From positions 1,472,001-1,536,000 of the forward strand of contig CAWBOS010000010.1 of assembly GCA_963790475.1 (NCBI GenBank): a stretch of 64,000 nucleotides of DNA, read 5' to 3'. The notes under the pieces were generated by a model, which did no database searches, was not told where the DNA came from, and saw only the letters and a list, made by a program, of their open reading frames with translations. Source of the DNA: an uncultured delta proteobacterium. Its GTDB lineage: Bacteria > Desulfobacterota > RBG-13-43-22. A program made the position numbers and the translations under genes. Of this stretch, positions 26,299-37,735 are shown one piece after another. Numbering within the stretch: the first letter of the stretch is position 1; every line of letters starts with the position of its first letter.

Positions 26299-28189
26299 AA
26301 AACCTCTCTACAACAGTAGAATACTGAATACCTACATTGAATTTACTAAAATAAATTATCCCTATGTCAATATTCAGGATTTATTAAAATATGCCCAAGT
26401 GGAATCCTATCAGATAAGTGATGAAGGGCACTGGTTTACTCAAGAGCAACATGACCGATTTCATGAGAAACTGGTAGAGTTAACCGGAAATAAGGACATT
26501 GCCCGGGAAGTAGGGCGATACGCCGCCTCTTCCAAAGGAGCGGGATTACTTAAACAATATGCCCTTACCTGGATCGGCCCCTTAATGGCCTATTCCATGT
26601 TAGGTCATGTCACTTCCAAGTTTACAAGATCCTTCGTTTATCAGTCCAGAAAAGTTTCCCCCAATACCGTAGAGATCACCGTAACTCCTCAAGAAGGTGT
26701 TCAAGAAAAACTTTATCAGTGCGAAAACAGGTTGGGGATGTTCCAGGCCATCGTTGATATTTTTGATTATAAAATATCCCGGACAGATCATACTGAATGT
26801 ATTTTTAAGGGGGGAAAGGTCTGCCGCTATATTATTTCCTGGGAGGCCTCCCCTTCTTCCTTTTGGAAAAGAGTTAGAAATATCAGCGTGGTTCTTTCAT
26901 TACTGGCCGGAGGTGTTTTGATTCCTCTTTTCCCTTGGGATACCATCGTTATTCTTTCAATTCTTCTTGTTTTCATATCGTTAAGTTATGTTATTAATTT
27001 ATCGGAAAAGAAAGAGTTAAAAACCACCATAAATAATTTTAGGGTATTGGCAGAACAACAAATTGATCAAATTGATATCAACTATAAAAATGCTTTGATG
27101 ATCAATGAGATTGGACAGGCCATCAGTAAAAAGTTAAATATTAACGATATCCTGGAAAATATTATGCGCGCCCTGGAGATACGGCTGGATTATGACCGGG
27201 GAATGATCCTCCTGGCCAATCCGGAAAAAACTCGATTGATTTATTCTGCCGGTTATGGAGTAAACGAGGAACAACTGAAGGTCATTAGAACTACTTTTTT
27301 CCATTTGGATAACCCCGAATCCAAAGGGGTCTTTGTCCTTTGCTTTCATTCACAGAAACCTTTCCTGATTAACGATGTTGATCAACTACAAGGAAACATT
27401 TCAGAAAAAAGTTTCGAATTCCTTAGAGGGACCGGGAGCAAATCCTTTGTTTGTTGTCCTATCATTTACGAGAAAGACTCATTAGGGGTCCTGGTAGTCG
27501 ATAATATTGTAAAAAAGCGAGATTTGACTCAAACGGATATAAGCATAATGTTAGGAATCGCCCCTCAAATTGGGATCAGCATCAACAATGCCCTGTTGAT
27601 AGAGCAACAAAAAGCACAATTTAATTCAATTTTAAGAGTTCTGGCGGCCTCCATTGATGCCCGGGATCCGTTAACGGCCGGTCATTCCGAAAAGGTGACC
27701 GAATATTCGATTGGCATAGCCAAGGAATTGGGGTTTGGGGAAGATTATTGTGAGGTCATAGGAATAGCAGGGCTGCTCCACGATTATGGTAAGTTGGGCG
27801 TAAGGGATGATATTCTAAAAAAAGCCGGAAAGCTCACGACTGAAGAGTATTTAGAAATACAGTCTCATGCTTTAAAAACAAAATTGATTTTGGATCAGAT
27901 GAATTTCAGCGGTAATTATTCTGACATCCCCTTATTGGCAGGTTCCCATCATGAAAAGATGGACGGCAGCGGGTACCCCAATGGTTTGAAGGGAGATGAG
28001 ATTCCCTTGGGTGCCAGGATTATTGCTGTGGCCGATGTCTTTGAAGCCTTAACCGCTAAGCGACACTATCGAGATCCGATGAATATTGATGAAGCGATCA
28101 GGCATTTGAGAGAAGGGATCAACACTGCCTTCGACCAAAAAATTGTCGAAGCCTTCTTAAAATATTATCAAAAAGCTTATAACATATAA
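26291..28189 (+). CDS. HD-GYP phosphodiesterase with V4R/HNOB-like N-domain, 2 TM and GAF
   Basis: C..EC...CRY N-domain; GAF; TAGHSEKV, LLHDYGK, HHEKMDGSGYP, VADVFEALT. Confidence 0.88.
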   Translation: MSEKPLYNSRILNTYIEFTKINYPYVNIQDLLKYAQVESYQISDEGHWFTQEQHDRFHEKLVELTGNKDIAREVGRYAASSKGAGLLKQYALTWIGPLMAYSMLGHVTSKFTRSFVYQSRKVSPNTVEITVTPQEGVQEKLYQCENRLGMFQAIVDIFDYKISRTDHTECIFKGGKVCRYIISWEASPSSFWKRVRNISVVLSLLAGGVLIPLFPWDTIVILSILLVFISLSYVINLSEKKELKTTINNFRVLAEQQIDQIDINYKNALMINEIGQAISKKLNINDILENIMRALEIRLDYDRGMILLANPEKTRLIYSAGYGVNEEQLKVIRTTFFHLDNPESKGVFVLCFHSQKPFLINDVDQLQGNISEKSFEFLRGTGSKSFVCCPIIYEKDSLGVLVVDNIVKKRDLTQTDISIMLGIAPQIGISINNALLIEQQKAQFNSILRVLAASIDARDPLTAGHSEKVTEYSIGIAKELGFGEDYCEVIGIAGLLHDYGKLGVRDDILKKAGKLTTEEYLEIQSHALKTKLILDQMNFSGNYSDIPLLAGSHHEKMDGSGYPNGLKGDEIPLGARIIAVADVFEALTAKRHYRDPMNIDEAIRHLREGINTAFDQKIVEAFLKYYQKAYNI

Positions 28190-28228
28190 TCAATGAAAGA
28201 TCTCGCTGAATTTCCTGGGCCGTAGTCC

Positions 28229-28324
28229 CTGGATGAGATAGAAAAAAACAAGGGTATCCTCTATAATCCCGAGGTCGTGGATGCAGGTCTAAGGCTTTTC
28301 AGGGAGAAGGAGTATACGTTTTAG
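28229..28324 (+). pseudogene. HD-GYP C-terminal remnant
   Basis: LDEIEKNKGILYNPEVVDAGLRLFREKEYTF* with no start. Confidence 0.65.
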
Positions 28325-28397
28325 TTATAGATGCTTAGTCTAATAAAAGGGTATTCCGGAAATACCCCATGCCTACTGGAAATTGGAGAAATAAAAG

Positions 28398-29747
28398 ATG
28401 AAATCTGAGATTCAGACTGAAGAACAACTGATCCGGGAATTGGAAGATCTTCGTTGTAGGACTGCTGAACTCGAAAAATCAGAAGCCGATCGCAAACAGG
28501 CAGAGGAAGCACTGCGGGAATCGGAGGAGAAATATCGTTCCCTGGCATCAACTGAAGACTCCCTGTATTCCGTAGACAGGGAAGGCCGGTATCGGTTAAT
28601 GAACAAGGCCCACTTGTTGAGGCTTGGCCTGTCATTGGATAAGGTTATAGGCAGAATCTATGGGGAGTTCCATTCGCCAGAAGATACAAAACAGTTCTCT
28701 GATAAAGTTGAAGCGGTGTTCGCCACAGGCAATTCTTTCCAAACCGAACATAGAAGCGAAAGAGATAATAAATATTTCCTCCGGACATTTAGTCCGATTA
28801 AAGACTTACAGGGAAACATTACTGACATCACAGTTGTTTCCAAAGACATCACTGAGCGCAAGCAGGCGGAAGATGCCTTGTGGAAAAGCGAGGAGCGCTA
28901 TCGCGACATCCTGGATAGCATCGAAGAAGGATACTATGAGGTGGATATTGCCGGGAACCTCACCTTCTTCAATGATTCCTTGTGTGACTTGCTTGGGTAT
29001 TCCAGGGATGAGTTGATGGGCCTGAACAGCCGTCAGTACACAGACGAGGAGAACGCTGCTAAGCTCTACAAGGCCTTTAATGAAGTGTATCGAACAGGAA
29101 TCCCGGCAAAGAGTTTTGATTGGCAAGTGATCAGGAAAGATGGGACAACCGGATTTGGAGAGGTTTCCGTTTCGCTTATTCGGGATGGGAGGGGTAATAT
29201 CACAGGCTTTCGGGGGATCGCCAGGGACATCACCGATCGAAAAAAATTAGAAGAGGCCCTCAAAACCCTGTCTCTCAAAGATGACCTGACCGGCTTATAT
29301 AACCGCCGGGGATTCTTTGCTTTGGCCGAGCAGGGATTGAAGGCAGCCCAACGAAATGGAACAGAGGTTTTGCTCATTTATGGAGACTTGGATAATTTAA
29401 AAGGAATTAATGATACCCTCGGACATCAAGAAGGAGATCAGGTTTTAATTGATATATCCAACATTCTTAAAGAAACCTTTCGTGAGTCAGATGTCGTCGC
29501 CCGTATGGGGGGAGATGAATTTGTCATGCTGGCCATGAATTGTAATGAGGTTTCGGCGGAAAAGCTGATTATTCGCTTTGAGAAAGCCTTGAATGAGCAT
29601 GAGTCCCAAAGAAAACGCCCTTACCCACTTTCCATGAGCCTGGGTACTGCATGTTTTGACCCTCAGAAATCCTGTTCCATAGAGGACCTGCTTACCCAGG
29701 CGGACAAGATCATGTATGAGAATAAACAAAAAAGAAAAAGGAAGTGA
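28398..29747 (+). CDS. PAS-PAS diguanylate cyclase
   Basis: DDLTGLYNRR, DLDNLKGINDTLGH, RESD I-site, ARMGGDEF. Confidence 0.92.
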   Translation: MKSEIQTEEQLIRELEDLRCRTAELEKSEADRKQAEEALRESEEKYRSLASTEDSLYSVDREGRYRLMNKAHLLRLGLSLDKVIGRIYGEFHSPEDTKQFSDKVEAVFATGNSFQTEHRSERDNKYFLRTFSPIKDLQGNITDITVVSKDITERKQAEDALWKSEERYRDILDSIEEGYYEVDIAGNLTFFNDSLCDLLGYSRDELMGLNSRQYTDEENAAKLYKAFNEVYRTGIPAKSFDWQVIRKDGTTGFGEVSVSLIRDGRGNITGFRGIARDITDRKKLEEALKTLSLKDDLTGLYNRRGFFALAEQGLKAAQRNGTEVLLIYGDLDNLKGINDTLGHQEGDQVLIDISNILKETFRESDVVARMGGDEFVMLAMNCNEVSAEKLIIRFEKALNEHESQRKRPYPLSMSLGTACFDPQKSCSIEDLLTQADKIMYENKQKRKRK

Positions 29748-30063
29748 GAAGGGGATGAAGAAAATCATGAAAACCCAATAAAAATCGAATTGAGGGGAAA
29801 CTTGAAAAGCAAAATTACTGAGATCCCAATTTCATACCCTACGCGGTCTAAGAATAGCTTGAGTAAAGGATCCGTACCCGTCGCTTTTGGCTCTTTGGCT
29901 GAAATTCCCGCTGTATCCTCCGGACACTTCAACGACGGGGATTCATCCTTATGAAAGTAATGAAAAAAGGCAAAAAGGGCAAAGACAAAATTATTTGTAA
30001 GCTTGTTGTAACAAGGGAAAACCTTTTGGGGATAATAAATTCTATAAAAAGTCCTTATAAAGA

Positions 30064-31818
30064 TTGATAGTTGAGAGAGAAAAAGTGGAAATTTATCCGT
30101 TGGCCCCCAAACTCATAGAAAATGCCCTAACCCGATTACAATCCCGAATTAAGGCCTTGGAGCAAGCAGAAGCCCGGCTTAATCAAGAATTAGAGGTATC
30201 TCAAAAGAAAGCAGCCCAATACTGGGCTTTCATAGAGAAGGCTAATGATATAATTTATGAAACAGATGCCAATGGGTATTTAACTTATGCCAATCCTGCT
30301 TCAGAAAGGATTGCCGGATACTCTAAAGAAGAACTCGCCGGTCACCAATATTTGGAATTGATACGGCCCGATTATCTGGAGAAAGCGGCTCGGACCTATG
30401 GTAAACAGTTTGTTTCAAAGATTCCAGATACCTATTTTGAATTACCCCTGATTGCTAAGGATGGACGGGAGGTTTGGGTTGGCCAGCATGTTCAGTTGCA
30501 GACGAAGGAAGACCAAGTTATAGGATTTCAAGCCATAGCTCGGGATATCACCGAGCGTAAGCAGGCGGAGGATGCATTTAAATATTCATTATCTTTACTC
30601 AGTGCCTCCCTGGAGTCCACTGCCGATGGTATCCTAATCGTAGGCAGGAACGCAAAGATTACACGTTGGAACCAGAAATTCGCCGAGATGTGGGAAATAC
30701 CAGCGGAAGTGCTCTCCAGCCAGGAGGATGAAAAGGCCTTAAGCCATGTCCTGAAGCAACTAACCGATCCGGAGCAGTTTGTTACCAAAGTCAGGGAATT
30801 GTATGCACAGCCTGAGAAATCCAGTTTCGATCAGATCGAGTTTGTGGATGGTAGGGTTTTTGAACGGTATTCCCAACCTCAAAGAATCGAAGATACTATT
30901 GTAGGCCGGGTATGGTCATTCCGTGACATCACCGAGCACCAGCGGGCTGAAGAGGCGCTTCGAGAAAGTGAAGAACGCTATCGGACTGCCATTGAACAAT
31001 CTAATGATGGCATTGCCTTGGTTAGAGGGGACCTACATATCTTTTCAAATAAAAAGATGGTTGAGATTTTTGGCTATGACAGTCCTGAAGAAATCATAGG
31101 GCAACCGGTTGCTCTGCTGATTCATCCTGATGACCGGGAGCGGGTAATCGATATTAACCGTCGAAGACAAATGGGGGAACCAGTACCCCAAAAATATGAA
31201 TTTAAAGGTCAACGGAAAGACGGGGAGCCCATTCATATTGAAGTCTCTGCCGCCAAGACGACTTATCAAGGAGAAGCTGTTTCCTTGGCCTATCTGAGGG
31301 ATATCACCGACCGTAAACTGGCCGAGGAGGCTCTCAAGACCTTATCCCTTAAAGATGAGCTGACCGGTCTCTATAACCGACGGGGTTTCTTTGCCCTGGC
31401 GGAACAGGGATTAAAGAATGCCCAACGGACGAAAACAGAAATGCTGCTCATTTTCGGAGATTTGGATAATTTGAAAGGAATTAATGATACCTTCGGCCAT
31501 AAAGAAGGTGATCAAGCCTTGGTGGATACTTCACAAATACTTAAAGAAACATTTCGGGAATCGGATATCATTGCTCGCATAGGGGGTGATGAATTTGTCA
31601 TTTTGGCCATGAACAGCTTTGAGACCTCGGCGGAAAAACTGATCCAACGCTTCAAGAAGGTCCTGAAAAACGATTATCGCCAAACAAAGCTCTCGTATAC
31701 CCTCTCCCTGAGCCTGGGCGTTGCTTTTTTTGATCCTCGAAACCCTTGTTCTATAGATGCCTTGCTGGCCCAGGCAGACAAATTGATGTATGAGAACAAA
31801 CCCCAAAACGGTAGATAG
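30064..31818 (+). CDS. PAS x3 diguanylate cyclase (start uncertain)
   Basis: Three PAS/PAC domains, DELTGLYNRR, RESD, ARIGGDEF. Confidence 0.9.
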   Translation: MIVEREKVEIYPLAPKLIENALTRLQSRIKALEQAEARLNQELEVSQKKAAQYWAFIEKANDIIYETDANGYLTYANPASERIAGYSKEELAGHQYLELIRPDYLEKAARTYGKQFVSKIPDTYFELPLIAKDGREVWVGQHVQLQTKEDQVIGFQAIARDITERKQAEDAFKYSLSLLSASLESTADGILIVGRNAKITRWNQKFAEMWEIPAEVLSSQEDEKALSHVLKQLTDPEQFVTKVRELYAQPEKSSFDQIEFVDGRVFERYSQPQRIEDTIVGRVWSFRDITEHQRAEEALRESEERYRTAIEQSNDGIALVRGDLHIFSNKKMVEIFGYDSPEEIIGQPVALLIHPDDRERVIDINRRRQMGEPVPQKYEFKGQRKDGEPIHIEVSAAKTTYQGEAVSLAYLRDITDRKLAEEALKTLSLKDELTGLYNRRGFFALAEQGLKNAQRTKTEMLLIFGDLDNLKGINDTFGHKEGDQALVDTSQILKETFRESDIIARIGGDEFVILAMNSFETSAEKLIQRFKKVLKNDYRQTKLSYTLSLSLGVAFFDPRNPCSIDALLAQADKLMYENKPQNGR

Positions 31819-31985
31819 GCTAAAGATTTTTGGCCACTGCTTTCTTTAAGCACATTTCGAAACGGTATTCGTTAATTTTCGAAGAGATCGCTTTAAAACA
31901 GTTGAAGTCGCCAAGGGGAAGGGTCTGCCTTTTCTTTCCCCTTTGTTTCCTTATAGCTGTAAAGTCCAGACCTGCTAAGGCCCGT

Positions 31986-32030
31986 TTTTCTCCTTGACCT
32001 GGCCTTTTTCTCATCTTATACTTTTCAATA
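31986..32030 (+). promoter_or_regulatory. Repeated promoter module, copy 2 (most diverged)
   Basis: TTGACC(31994)-17-TATACT(32017). Confidence 0.6.
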
Positions 32031-32154
32031 ATAAGCAGTCTTTTTCAAGAAAAGTCAGTGCAACAACCGGGGATGCCCAACGAACAATAATAACAGTGCC
32101 CAAAAACCGCCATATAATATAGGATATTCTTAACCCGCTTTTGGGGAGGTTGTC

Positions 32155-32633
<479 letters not shown>

Positions 32634-32637
<4 letters not shown>

Positions 32638-34793
32638 AAACCAAAAAGAATTCCCCGACGGTGGTCGACGATCAAGCACAGGGTTTTTCTCTTAACCGTC
32701 GCGATTTTCTCAAGGTCGTGGGTGGCGGCATCCTCATCTTCTTCTCGGCAGGTGTGCTTCCGGCGCAGGAAGGTAGCCCACGTTTTCCCGGCATGCAGCC
32801 CTTGCCCGCCGACTTTAACGCCTTTTTGAGAATCGGGGCCAACGGCCGCGTATCCTGTTTCACCGGTAAGATCGAAATGGGTCAGGGCATTGTGACCTCC
32901 CTCGCCCAGATGCTGGCCGATGAGCTGGACGTGTCCGTAAAGCACATAGACATGGTTATGGGCGACACGGACCAATGCCCCTGGGATATGGGCACCTGGG
33001 GGTCACTCAGTACCCGCGTCTTCGGCCCACCTCTCCGTCAGGCCGGTGCCGAGGCGAGATCCGTGCTGCTGACCCTGGCCTCCGAGCACCTCAAGCTGCC
33101 GGTGGACCGGTTAATCGTAAAGGACGGTGTGGTCACCGCCCGGCAGGATAAGACAAAACAGGTTACCTATGCAAAACTCTGTGAGGGCAAGGTTATCCAG
33201 AGGCATCTTCGGACCAAGCCGCAGCCAAAGCAACCGACGGAATTCAGGCTCATGGGCACCTCCCTCACTCGCCAGGACGGCCTTAAGAAGGTAACCGGAG
33301 GGGCCCTATTCGCGGGGGACATCCGGCTGCCCGGTATGCTCTATGCCAAGATCCTCCGGCCGCCGGCACACGGCGCTACTTTGAAACAGGTCGATACTTC
33401 CGCCCTCAAGGGAGATAAGGAAATCCTCGTGGTTCAGGATAAGGACTTGGTGGCGGTCCTCCATCCCCTCCCGGATGTGGCTGAAAATGCCCTCTCTCTC
33501 ATCAAGGCCGAGTTCGAGGTGCCTCCTAACACGATAGACAACAGCACACTCTTCTCTCATCTCCTCCAAACGGCTCCCCGGGAAGGTCAGGTCTTCGGAC
33601 AGAAAGGCGATCTGGAGCAAGGCGAGTCCCTGGCCAGCCAAACTTTTGAACACACCTACTATGATCATTATGTGGCCCATTCGGCCATGGAAACCCATAC
33701 GGCCCTGGCGAAGATTGAAGGCGACCGGCTCACCCTGTGGGCCTCGACACAAAACCCCTTCGGGCTCAAGGAGGAGGCGGCGAGGACCCTCAACCTTCCT
33801 CCTCAAAAGGTACGCGTCATCACGCCCTTTGTCGGCGGTGGGTTCGGTGGTAAGACCTTCAATCAGCAGGCCGTCGAGGCCGGTCGTCTCGCCAAGCGGA
33901 CCGGAAAACCTGTCCAGGTCATGTGGAGCAGAAAGGAAGAGTTCTTTAATGATACCTTCCGTCCCGCAGCCGTCGTCAAGATAAGGTCAGGACTGACGGA
34001 TGCGGGACGGATCTCCTTCTGGAAATACGATACCTACTATGCTGGGCGGGGTGTGCAGCAATTTTACGCCGTGGCCCATTTTAGGGAAACAGCCTATGGC
34101 AGCTGGATGGCCCCTGATGCGGGAGGCCAGCTCTTCAGGACCGGCGCCTGGCGCGCCCCGGGGAACCCTACCAACACCTTTGCCAGAGAATCCCAGATCG
34201 ATATCATGGCCGCAAGAATCAGTGCGGACCCTCTCGAATTCCGCCTGAAAAACATCACGGACAAACGAGTGCTGGCCACGCTCCAGGCTGCGGCCGACCT
34301 TTTCGGCTGGAAGAAGGGCGTGAGCCCCAGCCGTCGGGGCCAGGGCCTGGCCTGTTCTACGGATGCCGGGGCCTGTGTGGCGACCATGGCCGAGGTCGAG
34401 GTTGATCGGACAAGCGGAAAGGTGCGGGTCAGGCGATTGATCTGCGCTCAAGACCTGGGGTTGGTGATCAATCCTGAAGGGGCACGCCTGCAGATGGAGG
34501 GTGCCCTTACCATGGGTTTGGGCTATGCCCTCTCCGAGCAGGTGGAATTCAAAGGCAAGCAGGTTCTCACGCAGAACTTTGATACTTATGAGATTCCCCG
34601 CTTTTCCACGCTGCCGAAGATCGAGACCGTGCTGGTGGAAAACCGTGATCTTCCGCCCCAGGGTGGAGGAGAGCCGGCCATCACCTGCGTGGGAGCGTCA
34701 ATTGCCAATGCCATTTTTGATGCTACCGACGCCCGTCTTTTTACGATGGCCATGACTCCCGAGCGTGTCCAAGGGGCCTTAAAGACAGTATAG
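32634..34793 (+). CDS. Molybdopterin-binding subunit (IorB-like)
   Basis: RRDFLK, EMGQG, GGGFGGK, WRAPG, QMEG..GLG.AL, GGGEP, IANAIFDAT. Confidence 0.9.
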
Positions 34794-34803
34794 GTCAATC
34801 TTT

Positions 34804-34840
34804 GGACAAGGGGGCAAAAGACCTTCTTATCCCCTTGTCC
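34804..34840 (+). terminator. Hairpin downstream of the IorB-like gene
   Basis: 10-bp stem ggacaagggg/ccccttgtcc; T-run a few nt downstream. Confidence 0.5.
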
Positions 34841-34850
34841 TTCGAGCTTT

Positions 34851-34908
34851 TTTTGATCTTGATCCTGTCTTTATCTCATTCTATACTCTCCCCATCAAAG
34901 GGGAATTT
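34851..34908 (+). promoter_or_regulatory. Repeated promoter module, copy 3
   Basis: TTGATC(34859)-ctgtctttatctcattc-TATACT(34882)-ctccccatcaaa. Confidence 0.72.
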
Positions 34909-35005
34909 CTTGTCAAAAAAAAGAAATGCCCGGGGAGAAAGCTATTAAGAAATCCCAGGAAATTACCCGGGGGATGAACACCTAATTATTATAAGAGAAT
35001 GATCG

Positions 35006-35941
35006 ATGGGAATATTTCATTGTCCTTTTGGCTGCCCCTATTTCGAGGCTGAGGGGTGTATAGATTGCGGTCTGTGCGCGGCGAACACCAACGAAGAGAT
35101 GGTCGAAGCTTCAAAGAAGGTTCGGGCCTATCTAAAGGCCCATGCCCGGCAGGGAGGATCGGTAAAAAAAATCGCTGTTTGCGGTAAAGGGGGCGTTGGT
35201 AAAAGCACCATGGTGACTTTGATGGCCAAAGCCCTGGTCAGTCTGAATTACAGTGTGCTGGTACTGGATACCGATGAATCCAACCCGGGCCTATACCGGT
35301 CCCTGGGTTTTGATGAAATTCCCAAGCCTCTCAAGTCATTGATGAGCCGTTTTTCCTATACGGAGCAGCCGGAAGAAGATACCCACTGGATAATGCTGCC
35401 TGAAATAAAAGTCATGGATATCCCGCCGGCCTATATGCGTGCGCAAAACGGAATCAAGTTTTTAATGGTGGGAAAGATAGAGGACCCCTTTCAGGGATGT
35501 GCCTGTTCCCTGGCTGATGTCACCAGGGGGTTCGTTTCCAGGTTGTCATTAATGGAAAATGAAATCATCCTGATTGATATGGAAGCCGGGGTCGAGAGCT
35601 TCGGCCGGGGGGTGGAAAGAAGTGTCGATCTGGTATTATCCATCGTTGAGCCCTCTTTTGAATCCATGGCCCTGGCGGAAAGAATCGTCTATATGGCCGA
35701 GGGCATGGGCATAGACAGGGCGGGTGCCCTGCTGAACAAAGTTCCCTCTGAGGATATCAAAGAAAAAATGATCAGGGAACTTGAAAAAAGAAATGTTCAG
35801 ACCCTGGGAACCATTCATTTTGACCCAAAGGTGCAGGAGGCGGGATTTGAAGGGAGACCGCCGAATAATTCCAAAGCCGAAGAGGAGGTTGAAGAAATAA
35901 CGCAGTTATTAATCAACATCGTTCAGCAAACAACTAATTGA
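35006..35941 (+). CDS. CooC/AcsF-like P-loop ATPase with extra Cys-rich N-terminus
   Basis: GKGGVGKST, DTDESN, GCAC, IDMEAGVESFGRG; N-terminal CPFGC..CIDCGLC. Confidence 0.85.
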   Translation: MGIFHCPFGCPYFEAEGCIDCGLCAANTNEEMVEASKKVRAYLKAHARQGGSVKKIAVCGKGGVGKSTMVTLMAKALVSLNYSVLVLDTDESNPGLYRSLGFDEIPKPLKSLMSRFSYTEQPEEDTHWIMLPEIKVMDIPPAYMRAQNGIKFLMVGKIEDPFQGCACSLADVTRGFVSRLSLMENEIILIDMEAGVESFGRGVERSVDLVLSIVEPSFESMALAERIVYMAEGMGIDRAGALLNKVPSEDIKEKMIRELEKRNVQTLGTIHFDPKVQEAGFEGRPPNNSKAEEEVEEITQLLINIVQQTTN

Positions 35942-36011
35942 CAGGCTTGAGCAACCTGTAAAAAAAATTTTCTAAATCCTTTTTAACCTTATTTAAAGGA
36001 GGGACTAAAAC

Positions 36012-37094
36012 ATGATGGCTGAAGATTCCTATCAAACTTTAATGAATAATTTAAAGTATCCTAATTCCCACCGCCTGCGGGCCCTATTGGAATATTTATT
36101 GACCCCCGAACAGGCCCAAATTACGGCGGCCCTTCCCGGGACAGCTGATGAAGTGGCTCAGAAAACAGACTTTGATCTGGAAAAGGTCGAGAAAGAACTG
36201 GATGCCCTTTTCTATGCCGGTGTCATTTTTCCCAAAGGTGACTATAATGACCGTCAGTATTATCGCTTTGCCCGCTCCGTCGGGCAATTTCATGATGCCA
36301 GCCAGGCGCCTAAAGGAATAGATGTGGTCAAGGACCGTGAATATTACCGTTTATGGCATGATTTTGTCATGAATGACTGGTATCCTGACCGGGGAAAGAT
36401 CTTTGCTGAGTCCCCGCAGCCCTTTGCCAGAATCATCCCGGCTTATCGGGCAATTAAAGATCTGCCGGACATTCTGCCCACTGAAGATATTCGTGAAATC
36501 TTTAAAGCTCAGAGACGCATTGCGGTCGTCCCCTGCTCCTGTAGGTATCGCACCACCGCTGTTGGCGAACACTGTGCCCATACAGCCGAAGAAGAACAAT
36601 GGCACTGTCTCCAATTCAATCGCGGAGCCGACTATGCCATGGCCAGAGAAGCCGGAAAAGAATTGACTCTGGATGAAGCCTTGGCGCTTCTGGATAAGGT
36701 GGAAGAAGACGGCCTCCTTCATACCTGGCAGAACAATTCCGAGCTGGTCGGCATGACTGTCAGTTGTCAGTGCTGCCGGGATTGCTGCATGAACACGGTT
36801 CCCATGGATATCATCAAAGAACCCCTGAACAAATTATGGGCAAAAAGCCGCTTTATAGCGGTCGTGGACGAAAAGGCCTGTATCGGCTGCCAGACCTGCG
36901 TGGATCGATGCCAGTTCGATGCCATTGAAATGGTCAAGTCCGAAGGTGCAACAAAATCAAAAAAACTAAAAGCTAAAGTTGATCCTGATGCCTGTTTTGG
37001 GTGTGGTGTTTGTGTCGTGGGATGCGATAAGGCCCAGGCCTTATCCATGAAACTGGTTCGGCCACCGGACCATATACCGGCCAGGGCAGCCTAG
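36012..37094 (+). CDS. HTH-like + Cys-rich + 2x[4Fe-4S] ferredoxin-domain protein
   Basis: PCSCR, C.CC.DCC, CIGCQTCVDRC, CFGCGVCVVGC. Confidence 0.82.
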   Translation: MMAEDSYQTLMNNLKYPNSHRLRALLEYLLTPEQAQITAALPGTADEVAQKTDFDLEKVEKELDALFYAGVIFPKGDYNDRQYYRFARSVGQFHDASQAPKGIDVVKDREYYRLWHDFVMNDWYPDRGKIFAESPQPFARIIPAYRAIKDLPDILPTEDIREIFKAQRRIAVVPCSCRYRTTAVGEHCAHTAEEEQWHCLQFNRGADYAMAREAGKELTLDEALALLDKVEEDGLLHTWQNNSELVGMTVSCQCCRDCCMNTVPMDIIKEPLNKLWAKSRFIAVVDEKACIGCQTCVDRCQFDAIEMVKSEGATKSKKLKAKVDPDACFGCGVCVVGCDKAQALSMKLVRPPDHIPARAA

Positions 37095-37327
37095 AAGGCT
37101 TGGAGACCTCGAATCGAAAGTCAGCGCCCAGAGATCCTTTATTCGGTACCGTTTGCTGTGGGGGAAAATTAAAAAAGCAAAATTAAAGAGATCCCGATTT
37201 CACACCATGGACGGTCTAAGGATAGGCCGGGTAAAGGATCCCTGTCCGGCGTGGTTCTCGGCAATAGAAGTGAGTTCCGAGTTTTATTCAAAAATTAAAT
37301 TTTAGTTTTAGGGAATTAGGGAAAAAC

Positions 37328-37552
37328 ATGACCAGATTTAATATTGATTTAGCTAAAGAAGTTTTAAGGGAAATGGAGGCTGAAGCGGAAAAAGGCGAAC
37401 TTGGCAATGTGTCCAAGGAATACCTTAAAGGCCTGAAATTCGTTGTTGAAGAAATGAGTAATGAGGAAAATGATTTTATTAAGGGCGTAATCGACTTCAT
37501 CAGAGAGTACGATGAGAAAAGGCGCCTTCTCTTAAAGCCCAAGATTGCCTAA
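37328..37552 (+). CDS. Small hypothetical protein
   Basis: 74 aa, purine-rich RBS, helical acidic composition. Confidence 0.5.
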   Translation: MTRFNIDLAKEVLREMEAEAEKGELGNVSKEYLKGLKFVVEEMSNEENDFIKGVIDFIREYDEKRRLLLKPKIA

Positions 37553-37735
37553 TTTGAACCAGCTTTTTTAACTCCAGCCGGCTGGCCTTCTTAGCCTATT
37601 TCCTTCTTTGATCGAATGACCGATGTCTTTCCAACCCTGCTTTTCGGCAAATTCTCTCAGGGCTTCGATCCGACCGGGAGGCAAAGGGCTTTTTGGGCTT
37701 ATGGGTCCGTCAAACAGGGGCAGAAAGAAGGATGT

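Noticed and set aside
29745-29953. Selenocysteine or readthrough extension of the GGDEF gene past TGA
   Set aside because: The domain is already complete, the paralog ends at about the same position, and no SECIS-like hairpin follows the TGA.
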